Source: Laetmonice hystrix | Taxonomy: Eukaryota | Direction of reading: 5' to 3' | Assembly (NCBI GenBank): GCA_965235115.1 | Contig: OZ249436.1 | Span: 10,542,001 to 10,602,000, forward strand | Length of the DNA stretch: 60,000 nt | Shown here: in pieces, positions 11,710 to 25,839 of the stretch | Layout: each line of letters starts with the position of its first letter | How positions within the stretch are numbered: the stretch's first letter is position 1 | Position numbers and translations under genes: made by a program | The notes under the pieces: model-generated | Databases searched by the model: none | What the model was told of the DNA's origin: nothing | What the model saw: only the letters and a program-made list of their open reading frames with translations

Positions 11710-14700
11710 TTATTCCGAATCTGTCTCCATGCCACCCTCATCGTCTGTGACACTCAATTTCAACTTAAATTCCCGCTCTGGTTCTGTTGATGGAGCTGCT
11801 GTGTTCGTATCCGTCTCCATAGCTATGTCACCAGTTTTCTCTTCACAGTGCTCAGTGTGACTCTGCTCTCGTTCCACCTCAGTCTCCGTCACCTGCAATC
11901 TTAGGCCTTCAATATTAGCACTGTTGACTGACGCATCTGTCAAGCTTTCTGTGGCATCGAGTTTCAGATTAAGTTGTTCACTCAGGGTTTGAGAGCTCCT
12001 GTTTGAGTCCCCACTCTGACTGTTGGCAAGTGGAGTGTGAGGTTGCTGACTGGCGGAACTTGTCAACTCGCTCTCAGTCAGATGTAAATGTAAGCTTTCA
12101 TCCTTGGAGCCTAGTTCGTGTGTTGTCTGCCCAATGTCATCCTTTCCTTGCACGACTTTCTGGTTTCCTGCTTCATTACTTACTTGGTTTTTAGTGATTG
12201 GTGAATGTGCTGGAGGAGAATTCAAAAATTCTTTGAATCAAAAACAAAATAGTATTACAGGTTTACATACCACTACAATGTCAATACAGTATATAACGAA
12301 GGTCTGGTTATTTTTACGAAAGTATTTGGGACCGCATAAAAAATTCGTTATATGCGGAATTTCATTTTAAGTGGGAGACGCCTTAATGTTTCTCTCAGCC
12401 ACCAGGGGGCTCTCCCTACTAGATTTAGTCTTGATGTCTGTAAATGCCGCTAGAGTGCTCTTTAGGTAGGCCTAAATATAGGCCTAATCACCAATAAATT
12501 TTTTGTTTAGGACCGATGTGTTATAGGCATCAATGCTATTACTATAATTCTATTAACTACAGTGCTTGCAGTGAGACGCCTGCTGTCTTTCACAGTATTA
12601 AAATAGTGTTTATTATAGCATTACTCAGATAATTTAAATTTATTTTATTAGGACCAAATTATCAATACATATTTAGTGAATGTCAAAATAATTTGGTAAA
12701 ATTATCATGTCTACAGAGTAATATGTGGCTAAAAATGTAAAATATGCTCACTCGTAGGTGTTCGGCCAAGTTTTGCCATTCTACGTTCCATGGCAAGCCG
12801 ACGATTTCTCTCCATCCTTGCAGTCTGTTCTGCAGTAAGTCCCTGGTTAAGAAAATAAAGTATGCCTACTTAGACAATCAGGATATCCAACATATAATAG
12901 CTCTAAAGATATATTAAAAAGTATCTTCTAATTATCCAAGGAGCAAACAGGAGGACTGTGTATGTTCTCTCAAAGAAAGAAAAAAACTTTTGAGTTTTGT
13001 TTCATAAAATTTGCCCATTAAGTTTATGATCTGCCATACATTTGGATAAAACAAAATGAATTTCTACATGAAGTCAAGACTTCCAACTTTCACAACAGCA
13101 TGTATTTGAAAGCAAAAGCTTACTCCTGGTGATGAGTCCCTTGTAGTTGGTTCTGAAGATCCTACCCTAACGGACGCTCCATTGGACACTGCTGAAGTAG
13201 ATGGTGTGGGACTGCTTTGTGAGGACTGTCCACGTTTTGGGGAGTTTACTGGTAAAGGTGTAATATTTTGCGAACCACTTGGCGGTGTCCTTGCATTTTC
13301 ATCTCGCTTCCGTTTCTCCTGCTCCATCCTCTCACGTTCCTGCCTCATCATCTCTTCATAAGCCTCTTCAGCATCCATGTCAACTACCTGATATACATAA
13401 TGCAAGTCTTTCATGAATGAAATCTTACCCTAAGAACAGTCGATTATGAGATTATATACGGTCACTATCTTTTGTTCAAATTCTATATTATCTATGACGA
13501 GAAATGATTAACCTTGAACTAGAAATTCTCTTCCATTTGCTTTCCCTATCTAATCAGATCACTACCATGAAATAATGCAAAATGAATTTTGGGGGTTAGC
13601 CTTGCAAATGCCCGAGATGAATGAGAAGAATTGGTCAGTGATAACAAATAATTTTAGTCTTATAGAGGATGTTAAGAAGCTGCCACCTACATCACTTGGA
13701 CCTGCCTCTGGTTTATCCTCATCCTGCACATCCTCGCCACGCTGCACGTAGTCCTCTTCGTTTATTGCCATATCAAGCCGGATCCTTTTGATACAGGTCT
13801 AAAAGAAATAAAAATACATCATGCACTGTGATCAATCCTGCCTAGTGTAGACCGTCACTGTGGGTGATAAACACTGATGTCAAAATGGTAGATGGTAATG
13901 GTAAATGGTAAACAAGCTCAGACAAAACTACATTCTACACTACTACGAAATTCTACACCTGTAAAATTTAATTTTAGAGGTTTGTTAGGATATTCCTTGC
14001 ACTAAACAGGCTTGATTAATCATTTTAAGAATGCCTACAAGTAAAAGAGTGAAGGTTTCTGTATGCAAGTAGGATAAACAGGCCCTTGAGTGTGTTGTCA
14101 TATATGTATATATGGTAAATATGTGAATTTTCCTGGTAATCCTGTATGTATGTAAATATACCTTTGTGTAAAAAATTTGTACCACATTTGGTGATGGTGG
14201 GACATGCTCCAATGTTTCACCAGCAAAAGTGCCAATTTGGCAAGAACATTTGGAGAGAATTCTTAGTGAAACACTTTCACAACCCTATATCACCGGATTG
14301 GGGATGGTGTTGGGCGAAAATCAATGTTAGTGAAATGCTTCCCAGCTGCCACACCAATTGAATGAGCACTGTTATTGCTGTGCGATGTTCAAAAAAGCTG
14401 CCTTGTAACAAAAATAATATTTTCTATTTAATAAAACTTGCCTGTACTGGTTTCTTTCCTCCAAGTTTTTCTAGCCGTTCAATGAAGTCATCAAACGGTA
14501 CCTTGGGAAAGAGACGATGGGCCCAGTGTTCCAGCTTTCCCATCAACAGCCCTAGATCTTCAGCCTGGAAAAATGACATTGGAAAAGCACTTGAGATACT
14601 GATTCTTCAAAAGGATTGAAGCTTTGCTCCCCATAAAAACTGTTGTCTGTCTTAGGAACCCATACTGCCAAGTCAGTGCCTGCCTTCTAAAATGAGCACA

Positions 14701-15640
14701 GGAGCAATCAATCACTTCTGTATGTCATGTTCCGGGATCTGGAGGGAAGTGATTGCTGCCATAGATGTGAATGTGAAAATCAATTCTAAAAATACGGCAG
14801 CAATCAATCGCGCTCTCATTTTTTAATTTTTGATCGATCCTCTCTAATGGCCGCATCTGCCAAGTCAACCACCAATACCTCATGACCTTGTCCTTTGAAT
14901 TTAACCTCCTTGAACATCGTTGGCAGGACAGCTAGACCACGCTTGCTTCTTAATCTGTCCAAAAAAGAGAGGGAAAGTTTTAGGCACACCATTCTGAGTA
15001 ATTAATGTGATCAAAATTAACTCGGTCTCAACAGTTTATGGACCAAATATCTAGAGAAGCGACAGGTTATACTGGAGCAAGAGAGATAACTGAGTTAAAT
15101 GGAAGGGTTTACTTTGTTTTAAATACCAAATGATGTAGTTATCTTTCCCAAATGAACCGTTTCTGGATGAATGGAGAGCTTGATACCAGAACACAGAGTC
15201 GATGATTTGAGATTCCTGTCATCAAGTTTGCGTAAGTAGTTCTCAGTCAGGCCTTACCTTTCAATATCCAATTTGGGCTGTGGTCGCATGACTCTTTTTT
15301 TGGCAGCACCTTTTGAAATATCTTTCAGTTTGGCTAAGACATCTCCTCCTTCTCCATCTGAAAATTATGTTTACCAGAAACAGTAATAAAACTAATAGTC
15401 TATGACTTTTATTGGGTACAAATTATGCAATAGAGTCTGCACTATAATAAAAAGTTTACATATATTTAGAATTGATTTTTACATTCACATCTCACCTTCT
15501 TCCCCATTGCTTCCTGTCCCATTCTCGTTGAGTGGACCCTCATCTTCAAGGTCGGGCATAGGGGGCGGTACTGGAATGTCTTCATCCAAGTCTCCTCCCG
15601 TCTCAAAGATGTCCTCCATGTCAAGGCCCACCGACTCCAT
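11710..15640 (-). CDS. TIPIN: TIMELESS-interacting protein (Swi3/Csm3 family), 8 coding exons, ~475 aa
   Basis: Exons (minus): 15640-15496, 15357-15258, 14954-14879, 14564-14442, 13798-13691, 13387-13124, 12842-12752, 12230-11710. Swi3 domain [58 protein letters not shown], and the RPA-binding-type motif [21 protein letters not shown] probable non-coding exon ends at a CAG|GTAAGT donor at 16748. Confidence 0.94.
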
Positions 15641-16747
15641 GGTGTTTCTCTGCTGGCTTTGGTCCTTAGTTGATCCAAATATTACATTGCATTAACCATA
15701 AGATATAAACTCCATTTTCTACATTTAAACAAATTAGGAGTACATACTAGAGCTCTCAAGGGTCTCTGAGGCTCTTGCTGGAAATTCAACAACTTTTCTG
15801 CTGGAGATTGGCTCATGACATTGGGGTTCAATGCTGGAGACTTTTCTTTCTCATATAGAGCCGGGGGCATAAAACACTTAAAGCACTTTTTGGTATTGTT
15901 TCTCAAGCGTCTAGCGTTTTCATGTGTTCAGCGGACTTTCCAAGTCACACGTACGCCTTTGGCATGTGACATGCATTTCAGGCTCCTTACACGTGGGCAG
16001 ATGCTTTCCACACGCATTCCTGTTTTTTTCCAGCTTTTCCTGAGAATCTGGCGTTTCTGAGCAGAGACTGGGGATAAAGGGGGCTCCAGACTCTATGTAT
16101 TTTATTATTTTATATGACTTAAAGCATAGGCCTACAAACTAACAGTAACAAAGATAGGCTGGCCTATTGGAATAATATCCTAATGCGGGCCTGTCTCAAT
16201 GAAAAAAAAATTATGAATGATATTCTTTACATGTAGCCTAGAGACCCGATACATAGCTAGGCCTACTTTTGTATAGGCCTAAATAATGAAGCAAAGCAGT
16301 TTAATGAGATTTGCCTGATTAGCCCCTATAAAAAAAAGGGGGGAAGCTAGGGGGCATAATGCCCCCCTTAGGGGCTGTTCAGAAATTACGTAACGCTATT
16401 TTGCGCCAATTCTGATACCCCCTACCCCCCCCCCCCCCCCCTTTTTCACACGTGCCATTATTATTGTTCCAGACGTGCCAGAGGTTGCAAAGTCTGGTTC
16501 AGCAAAGAAAATTTAAGACAAAGTCAGAATGGTAAGTAGTAGTACTACTACTAGTACTAGTACTTGTAGTGCTAGGACACTCACAGGGTAAGTGTAACCA
16601 GTCTGACTGTGTAGTGCCTAGTCGGCTAGTGGACTGTGTGTGTGTAGCGTCGGTGACAGGCAGAGCATCATGATTAGTGAAATTACACGCAATGAGAATG
16701 AACGACATGTGATGATGGGTCATTTACTATTAGCGGCCTGTACTTAC

Positions 16748-17334
16748 CTGGTCCAGATAATGTTGACAACAACTTGAACAAGACTCAAGAGGTTTTACGA
16801 TTAGCTACACACTCAAACTTAAAGAATCAGCGCGAGGGTCCACTTATTTCAATGATAACCCGTTTTCTCCGCTGAGGAGTTCCCCAACGAATTTCGCGGG
16901 AATGGATTCGGAGGAACTCCCAGCAGAGGGATTCCACTTCCTGTGTTGCTTCAGCAGATCTCTGTGTGTTGCTTCAGCAGATCTGCGTGGAGTGTGCCAC
17001 AGCCCGGGCGTCAGTTTCTTGGGAAGTGAGGCTATGACGTCATTCATCAGGGGACTCCTTGCCTAGGTGGTACCCTGTTCATCCACGTTTTTCTTTTTGC
17101 TCTATGTGCACGAGCTTTGCCAAGACCTTTTTTCATCCCGTTGTATCCCCAGTGACGTGCATCTGTAGCAGAGGGCAACTAACGTTAATCTGCCTCTGCT
17201 CTGATCGGGCTCTGACTGTAGGCTCTACCGAGGGGGACACGTGACGTCACTGTCTAAAGTGAGGGAATCCCCTCAATTTCTTACAGCGCCACCTATTAAC
17301 ATTTCGTGTCGAGCGTTTGATGCAGCATGTCAAC
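16748..17334. promoter_or_regulatory. Bidirectional promoter TIPIN/GKAP1
   Basis: TIPIN 5'UTR donor at 16748 (minus) and GKAP1 ATG at 17335. CpG-rich, with TGACGTCA (CRE-type) sites at 17035 and 17242 and an E2F-like TTTCGCGGG at ~16892, which fits a replication gene. Confidence 0.65.
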
Positions 17335-20300
17335 ATGGCGAAGTCGGGGATTGCCGTGCAACAATCACGTTTTGCTTTACTGAAAATTGAAGGTTCTGAT
17401 GACGAACCAGAGGAAACTCCGAGTAAGCAGAGCCAAAAAGGCGGCAAAGGTGGTCAGCAGAGTACAAACTCAAAGAAGAAGAACAAAAAGAAGAAGAAAG
17501 AAGGCGGTGAAAATGCAGAGGTGATCGTCTCATCGTCAGATAGCCTAAACCTTAGCTTAGTCTTAGACCCTAACCGGCGTTACTACCTTACTATCCTCTA
17601 ACGTGTCTCTGAATGAAAATTATTGAAATCTAAACCCGGGCCAAGCCAATGACGGCTTGTACCTAAGTTAAGTTGTGGCCATATGGTATGGTGCCGCCCC
17701 AGTGCAGTCTAATTCCACGCGGCACACACTTGACTTGAGTGAGAAGGACCAAAGTCCAAACTTTTAGTTTAGTTGGGCCAAATGTTTCAGCTGAGTCGCC
17801 CTATTTTACAAATTAAATTAATATACCGTAATATAATGATAGGCAGTCAGCGGTAATTTTACTGGCATAATAATATATGCCGGATGGGTAGTGAGACTGC
17901 AGGCCTCGAATTACACGACTGCATTTGCCATCGTGCCTTTTCCATTTATCGTAAATTTGCCGCTGTGCCCTGGAAAAATCTGACATTGATTCTTATGTAT
18001 CGACGGCAGTTTTTGCCGTGCCCCTTTCAACTTCTAATTCGAGGCCTGGGACTGCAATACGTAATTCCTATTCAGCGGCAAATATAGTGGATTATCTAAT
18101 TAGCGCCTAATTAACAACCAATTTGAGACTAAACTAACAATAGATAGACCTAGAGCTAGCCTAACCGTAACCCTAACCCAAATATATTTTTTGGTGTAAA
18201 TGTAATTACTAACTAAATTCAGTGTTGCCAACCATTCGTATGTTGTAAAGAAACAGGTCTCCGTATTTTCAGCTCACCTTTTTAAGAGGTCTGTTTTCCG
18301 TATTTAAAAAAAAAAACTCTGTATTGTCCACACGGACATTAATGCAGCATGTCAACATGTCATTTTTTGAGGCCTGGCAAACTGTTAAGCCCGGGATACA
18401 CGGGGCAACTCGTCGCATGCAACCGCGTTGCCTCAGGGGGAGGCGACGCGTCGCCCCTCCCTCAGGCGACGCGACGCAGGCAGATACACGGGGCGACTGG
18501 TTGCATGCAACGCGTCGCATGCGACGAATTGCCCCGTGTATCCCGGGCTTTAGAGGTGCTATTTGCAAACGTGTATTGTTGCCCACGAATGGGTCGCATG
18601 TCGTTCGCGAATGGGTCAGGACTTTTTTTGTTCCCTGGCCCAGGGGTGTATTTTACTAAAGAGTCAAAAATAACGATGTCAATAATTTAACATAGAAGTG
18701 AATGGGTTGCTAGGTCGAAAACAACAAAAACAATAGTGAACCATTTACTAACGGACCAAAACTTGTATCATAGACTCATAGTTTATTTTGTTTGCCTGCT
18801 TCAGTTGAGAAACCTGGCATTTGGTGCTTCATCTGGCAAAGGCAAAACTAGCAAGTCCAAGGGTGGTGGAGATCAGGGAGCTGTGCCTGATAAACAGTGG
18901 GAACAGTGGAAAAAGACTGATGATGAGGTAAGTTAGATGGTGACAGGGTTTGACTGATCCACCATTGTCATGGCTTCATTTTCAAGAAACTTTACTATGG
19001 TGCAGGGTGTCAAGTTCCTATTTTTTCCTATTTTTCAGCATCCTTCCTATTTATTCCTATTTTTGGATTAAAATTCCTATTTTTGTGCAGTATCCCTAAA
19101 ATTTCTGAGGTGTGTCATTTGTCAATTACTGTTTCTTGTTATGTAGTTCACATTTTTTTTGCAGTATTTTTGCTAATCAATACTAAGGTTCAAAACGACA
19201 AAACAAATTCTGATTGATAAATAAAATTCCACAAAAGTTCAGGCTTTTTTTCCCTTCACCTGAGCAGCAGATCACACCCCTGTATTGCCTGAAGATTTAG
19301 GCCTAAATCATTGGTCAAGACAATTGTCCGTTAGTTGAATGAGATGGGCAGATGAGAGCGGAGTCATGGAGAAATTTCTGCCAGCCTTCGTTTCCCTTAT
19401 TAAACTCTATGACAGCAGCAAAAATATTGGGCTACCACACATAATCTCGGGCTACCACCATGAGTCAGAGTGGTAGCCCAGTGGGCTACCATGCTTTGGC
19501 CAGATTTTTTTAGGCCTGTCAAGAATAGTGGAGTGTAGGATATGCTAGGCTTTTACAATGGTAAAGTAGAATACCGAAGCACCCTATATGTGACACTGAG
19601 GTGGTCAATCATGGATCGTCAGTTTCTGTCGGGCAAAAACCACCAACAAATTGTGGTAATTGCGACTGAAGCTGGCGGGCATGAGTTTTTTCTGACTTCC
19701 TTGTTTCTTTAGTACTAAATTCATAATTATTTCGGTACTTACGTTCGTCTCAACAGCCACATCAAAGCCTGTGTCTCTGCATTTAAATCAAGCTGCCGCA
19801 TTGCTTTGTTGACATCTCCACCTCAGGGGGTGCTGCGTTTTGATGTCACAAAATATGACCTACTTGCATATCCTACACTCCACCATTCTTGGTTTAGTGG
19901 TATGACATCCTCAAAGTACTGTACATGGTTTGAGATGTGTACCAATAATTAATCAGTTTGTTTGAGGGGTTTCTATTTGGTTTCATTGGACAGTACACAG
20001 CAGATACTTACCAGAGGGACCTTCAACAGGCCTTGCTACAAAGTAAACTGGAGTTTGAACAACAGAAAGAGGTAAATCCACATTCTTTTTAACACTGAAC
20101 ATTAATTGTGATAATGGGCAAAAAATGTTTAGGTTTGTACACTTCTAAAATGTGAAGCATTCTTTTTCAAGACATGATTGCCAAATCTAAGATTTGGAAG
20201 AAGCTACCAAATGAGGTGTTAATTTGAAGATCAGTTGTAGCCCTTTTCTTTATCAATGGTGGGCATACATAGATTTTGGTCTTGACATTTCCTACTAAAA

Positions 20301-22992
20301 AATAGGGAACTTTAAATACAGAAAGAAATAACTTCATAAAAAAAAGTACTAAGTTATAAAACATTACGTATAGTTCTGACTGTGTTTCTAAACATTCATG
20401 AATTTGGACTGAACTAAAACATGTGAGATCTATTTTTCTCAAGGATCATAAACACAATTGAGAATGAAGTAGTTGCCAGATATTTTTTTAGGTTGGTTAA
20501 TAGATACATTATTTAGATCCCTTATAAATAATGCATGTATTGTTATAATCGTCGTTTTAAAATAATTTTCAAGAAAACAGATGCAGCTAAGGAAGTTGAA
20601 GAAAATGGGAGAGGAGGAAAGAAGAAGAAGAAAAACAAGCCAGCACCAATGAGTCTGGAACAGTTCAATCAGACTAACATAAATAACACAAAGCCCAAAC
20701 CCCGAAAGAAATCAGGTAAAACATATCATTATAATAAGTCTGTATATAAAAATAAATATACAGAGATGTCAACCATTCAGAATTTGGCATAATGATTACA
20801 CTTTTGGGGCCATCATTATGCCATAAGGATTAATTGACCCCAAACTAGGATTTTGGCATGTCAAAGCCCTGATATTATAGCACTAGCAGACTGAAAACTT
20901 GTTTTAGATTTTTAAATTTGGTCATCACGTTTGGAGCCCATTCATTAGTTTTGGCTGTGAAAATGTCTGTCACAAGTCACCAAATTAATTCATAGATTTA
21001 TTCTAACTGAATCATTAGAAATTAGGAATTCTCATCCTCATGTGTTGGCATCTCTGTATAAAAAGAAAAAATATTTGACTCATATTCTACTCTGAAAGTA
21101 TGTGAAATATATAGAGTATATAGATATCTTATCATTATGAAAATCAAGGAATAAATGCATGTTAGTATAATTATCAGTTTGGACTGAAGCCTCTTTTTAA
21201 AAAAAAAAAAGATTCAGATGACAGTGAGGAGGCCCCCGAGGTTCAGGTGCCAGAAGCCAAGCTTAAACCTGCAGCTGAACCTGATCCACAGTTCTTCGAA
21301 AAGGTGTCAAAAGATGCTTCCAGAATCATCCAGAAGGAAAAAATCCAAGAACAATACCAAAAGGTTGGTCAAAAATTAGCTGGGAAAATACAATTTTCAA
21401 GAAAATGAGGTTTTTTTGCTTTTCATTCATTTTTTTATTACTCACATTTTAAAATCAACCAAGAGATTTGAATAGAAACGTGCAGTAAGACCATTTGTCA
21501 GGGCCTATTTCAGAATTATTAAGTTAATATACATATTGAAGCCTCATTAACTAGTAATATCCAATTGAGAGAAAATTGTTATACACAGTGTAGTAAATTA
21601 TCAATGTAAATCACAAGTAGATGCAGGCAGTATGTTTGTGATAAATTATCAGTTTCCTTTGTTTTGTGTTCTTTTGTAGCACTATATTGTAGAAAATGCA
21701 CGGGTACAACAATTCAAAGAAGAATTGGCCAAGAAAGACCGTGAGATTGCCATGCTTAGACTATCTCATGAAAAGTTGCAGGTATTTGACATTTTAAAAA
21801 GTTTGATCTGTTATAAAAGGACTTATTCCACAGTTTCTCTGCATCAGCTTGGAAAAGATCATTTTTAGGTGATTCAGACTACAAATGGTAATTAGGTCAA
21901 TGATAACCAGCTGTCATGTGAGGGTTTCCCACAGGCACCTTTTTTGCAGGGGAATCCCCCCCCCCCCACCACCAAGTTACTCCTCAAGGGAATCCTGAGT
22001 CTGTATCACCACGGAAGTTCCCGTCGCGGTATACTAACATTACTACGACTTCTGTTTCAGGAGGAACTTAAAACAGTGAAAAAGAGAAACCAACAGTTGT
22101 GCTTTATCATTGGCCAAGGAGAAAGTATGTTCAATTATGCCCTTTGAAATTAGCATATAACTATAACTTCAGGATTAAATGTGAACGTCCATTCAAACAT
22201 ATAATTTACATGATACATAGACATGTAACTTCTACATGTAATCAGGCACTGTAAATTAGCCACACCAAATAATTTTGTAGCTGCATGGCTGTTAGTTAGG
22301 GGTTGTATTGAAATCAGTGGTTGTATTTTATACAAAACTGAAATATTTTGTTTAAATCTCGTGAAGTGCAATTCAAATAAGTAATGGATGGAAATTTATG
22401 TGTAGCTTTTTGTTTTGCCTCCTTGTTATTGCCGCTTAGTTTATTATCTCATTAGTACATGTTAAAATCCATTGGAACATTTACCATAACATGTATTATG
22501 CTGACGGCAAATTTCAGTTGTGTGTTTTGTGGTTTGTATTTAATTTGCTGAACTTCTGCTTTATGAAAGTCACTACTCTTATATTTTTCCAGTGAAGGAT
22601 AAACAGTCAGTCTTACTAGAGTTAGAAGACCTTAAAGCTGTAAGAGACGAGCTCAGGGAAGAGGTGTCTCAGGTCACAGCAGACCTGGAAAAGGAGAGAA
22701 CTAAAGTGCATACACTGAAAGATGAACTCTACAAATTGAAGGTAAATAGAATTTGGCAAATGGCACATCGTTGCACAAAACCAAAGACCCACTGGGGTGT
22801 ACCCTCTTAACCTTCTAGTTCCACTGAATGCCTAACTAATAAATTTATGGTTGAATTTTGCCTATTAGGTATCCTAAAGAGAGGGGTCTTCCTAGAACAC
22901 ATCCACACTACATGTACTGCATCCACAAAATTCCAATTACATATATGTTATTTTGTTGTTCCTCACAGGATGGAAAACATGGAAATAAATGA
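17335..22992 (+). CDS. GKAP1: G kinase-anchoring protein 1, 9 exons, ~339 aa
   Basis: Exons: 17335-17520, 18805-18927, 19994-20071, 20574-20715, 21212 (or 21218)-21363, 21680-21781, 22061-22124, 22593-22741, 22969-22992. Motifs SRFALLKIE, ELRNLAF, WEQWKKTD, DLQQALLQSKLEFE, MSLEQF, VKKRNQQLCFIIGQGEMKDK and LEKERTKV match GKAP1. Confidence 0.93.
18388..18549. mobile_element. PIF/Harbinger-like palindromic MITE
   Basis: TIR AGCCCGGGATACACGGGGCAA / TTGCCCCGTGTATCCCGGGCT; TTA TSD; nearly fully palindromic. A shorter degenerate copy lies at ~50987-51050. Confidence 0.85.
20761..21056. mobile_element. MITE in a GKAP1 intron
   Basis: Imperfect TIR CAGAGATGTCAAC / GTTGGCATCTCTG flanked by tata. Confidence 0.65.
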
Positions 22993-25839
22993 TATTCAAC
23001 AAATTTGGAAGAGGATTAAACATGACCAGCACAAAGAAACACAGATTCGCGTTGAAGACAGTAATATCTCTTGCCTCCAAGAGAGTCAGGGATGAGCTGA
23101 CTGATATATACAGGTGATCTCTAAAGGTGGTGTACCATAATTGGTACGCCAGACGAGCAACCCAAACCGTCAGCTCCGTCAACCTATTTGACCAGCAAAC
23201 CCTCACTCCAGTGTATTCGGAAATAAAAGAAAAAACAAGAAAGAAGACAATCACCATTTGATTGACATAGCTGCCGGTATTATCTTCTTGGTTATAGGTT
23301 ATGAATGATTATCTTATTGTCACAAACTAGGGACAGTAGCTGTGGAATTCGATACAAGTGGCCCTTGATACTTAATATCAATCCACCAAAGGTCGCAGTT
23401 GCCAAAACTGAAGGGCAACCTAGAAAATTCCCGGGCCTGCACTCTTGTGGTTGACAGCTACAGTAGACCTTTATCTTTTCTTTGATTCAGCAGAAGGAGC
23501 AGACCTTTTTTGCTCGTAAGTGAGGGACTGCCTGAGACTGCTCTGCTTTTATTCCCCATCAGATAATTATGTTTCTTTTACTTTTAGATATTTTTTCATA
23601 TTTTAGTGTATTTAAAGGCTCCATTCGGACAACGATAACATGATGTACAAGGTGGGTTAACGGGAGCCAGAATAGTACATATGGAACATTTTGTATGACT
23701 AGCAAATTTTTAGCGTCACCTTGAGGATCTATGAAGTTAATAACTTTGGCCACTGGTATTGAAATGTGATGGGACAGTATGAAGATGAGAGCAGATAAAC
23801 TCCATCCAATGGCAATGAGTTTTGATAATGATTTTTAGGAATTCTTTTTTTGGTATTTTTTTCAAATTAGCATTACTATGTATTTGATTAGAGTCAACAA
23901 TGGGCACTTAGAAGCAAAAGTGTGTATCATTAAAGCTGGATTTGTGGTCATGAAGGGATTCCTTTGAAAGATAAATCACTGCATAAGGAACTCTTTTAGA
24001 AGTGTCAAAAATATGATCTTCCATTCCAGTGGGTTTTCACATTGATCTGATGCCTACGTACAATAACACATGAAATGACGACTAAGGAACTTCGGTTCAA
24101 AATCGGCCCTCAAAACATCACTGGACTTTTGGGGGTCTATTATCAGAACAATGACAAAAATGAAATGGCATCTGAGATGTTGTACTTAAAGAACCTTGTC
24201 AATTCACAAAACTATGCTATTTTTGTCAGACTGTTAATGTAGAATAAGACATGGATCGAATAGATTCGTTGGGTCCAGAATTTACCTCTACTCCTGTGTT
24301 GAATGAGAGTATGAAGTTATTTTATTGAAAGTCTCTGTAGTGTCATACATCATTTTCATAGTTGAATGATTGTAGCAAAAGTCACTTGAAAGTATTCAGC
24401 AATGACAGAGAGAAGCTCTACACAAGTATTGGAGACAATGTTGAGTATTAATGTTTTATCATAAATCAGTTTTATGGTGTAGTAAGCATTGAATTTTTGG
24501 TGAGCCCTCCCCCCGTGTATGTACAAACATATTGCGCACAATGTGGTCAGTGCACACAGTGACAAAGTGTGTCAGTGTATGTGTGGAGGAGGGTTATTGA
24601 TGAAACATGAAACCTAGTTCTTAATGACCTCATCTCATGATAATGTACTGAAGGCTTCTGAACCAGACTCCTAACCTTCCAAAACTCTTTATTAGAAGAA
24701 TGGAACCAAAGCCGTCAGTATGGTTTAAGACATTTTTTTGTTATAAGCTTGACTCCACAGAGCAAGAGCAAAGAGGTTTTTAGTGGTGTACCGGTGATAA
24801 TTTGTAAGAGCAATCGGACTGATCACTAGAATAGATCATCAGTTCTTGAATGCAATATCTGAGTTATTGGTAGTTAAATATGCCGACAAACAGTCAGTTA
24901 GTGAGGCTGAACTACCATATGCTATACAACCTCACAGATTGTGAGATGGCTTTCTTTTATCCTTTATTATCTCTTCAGTTTATGCCAGACCAGTTTTACA
25001 AAAAACTGATAGAAAAGAAAAAGGTTAAGAAAAGAGTGAAAACTAACAAAAACATAATTGCCAAAAATGCCAAGAGACCTACGTGTATCCAAGATTAGTA
25101 AAATGCGGTAAGCTCAAGTAAGTTTTGCAACACCTTATGGTTTTTCCCCTGGTCAGTGTGGTTGCCTAACTTTAATGTGTTAAACACATAATATGAATTA
25201 GATTTGAGAAGCCAGAGCAGTCGTCATGTAATCTGCTCCCTGTTCCCTACCTTTCTGGGTAGATGGTAGAAATATTATTGTATAAAAAAAATACATATTC
25301 AGGCAAGACAGAAGGGGCGAGGCTGGGCTTCTGAAGACCTCAGTTCTAATTCATTTATTTTGGAAAAAAATTAGGTTGATAAATAATATGCTGGTAAATG
25401 ATTAGTTTACGCCATGAGCTTAACAATCATGCAAACGAAAAAAAAATTCTGAGCAATATTTCTGCATGTATTTACATGTAGCCCTTCTAATTGTATTGGA
25501 AAGTACACAAAAGATAAGGTCCACTAGTATATACCAATAAGAAAATGACTTGATGGTTAAAACTTTTAGGGTAAGAAGTTGAAATTAGGGTAGGTACCTG
25601 CGCTCCTGTATTCATCTGCCAGTGTCGTTTAAATGAAAAGATAACAGGGCAAAGATTGACAGCAGACTTTACCAAGGATTTGCACATTTTGAATGATGTG
25701 AAATGCCTTGTTTAAGGTCATGGTAGTGCTTTATAATAAAATCATTGTTGAAAGTTTCAGGCAACTGTTTTTGTTGTTCAAAAAGCTAACATTAACAAGC
25801 CTGACACGGGACTGATGCTCAACTGGCTTAACCTCGACA

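Noticed and set aside
15682..16092. Extra coding exon or N-terminal extension of TIPIN
   Set aside because: An in-frame TAA lies 18 codons upstream of the ATG at 15640, and the other frames give no recognisable peptide.
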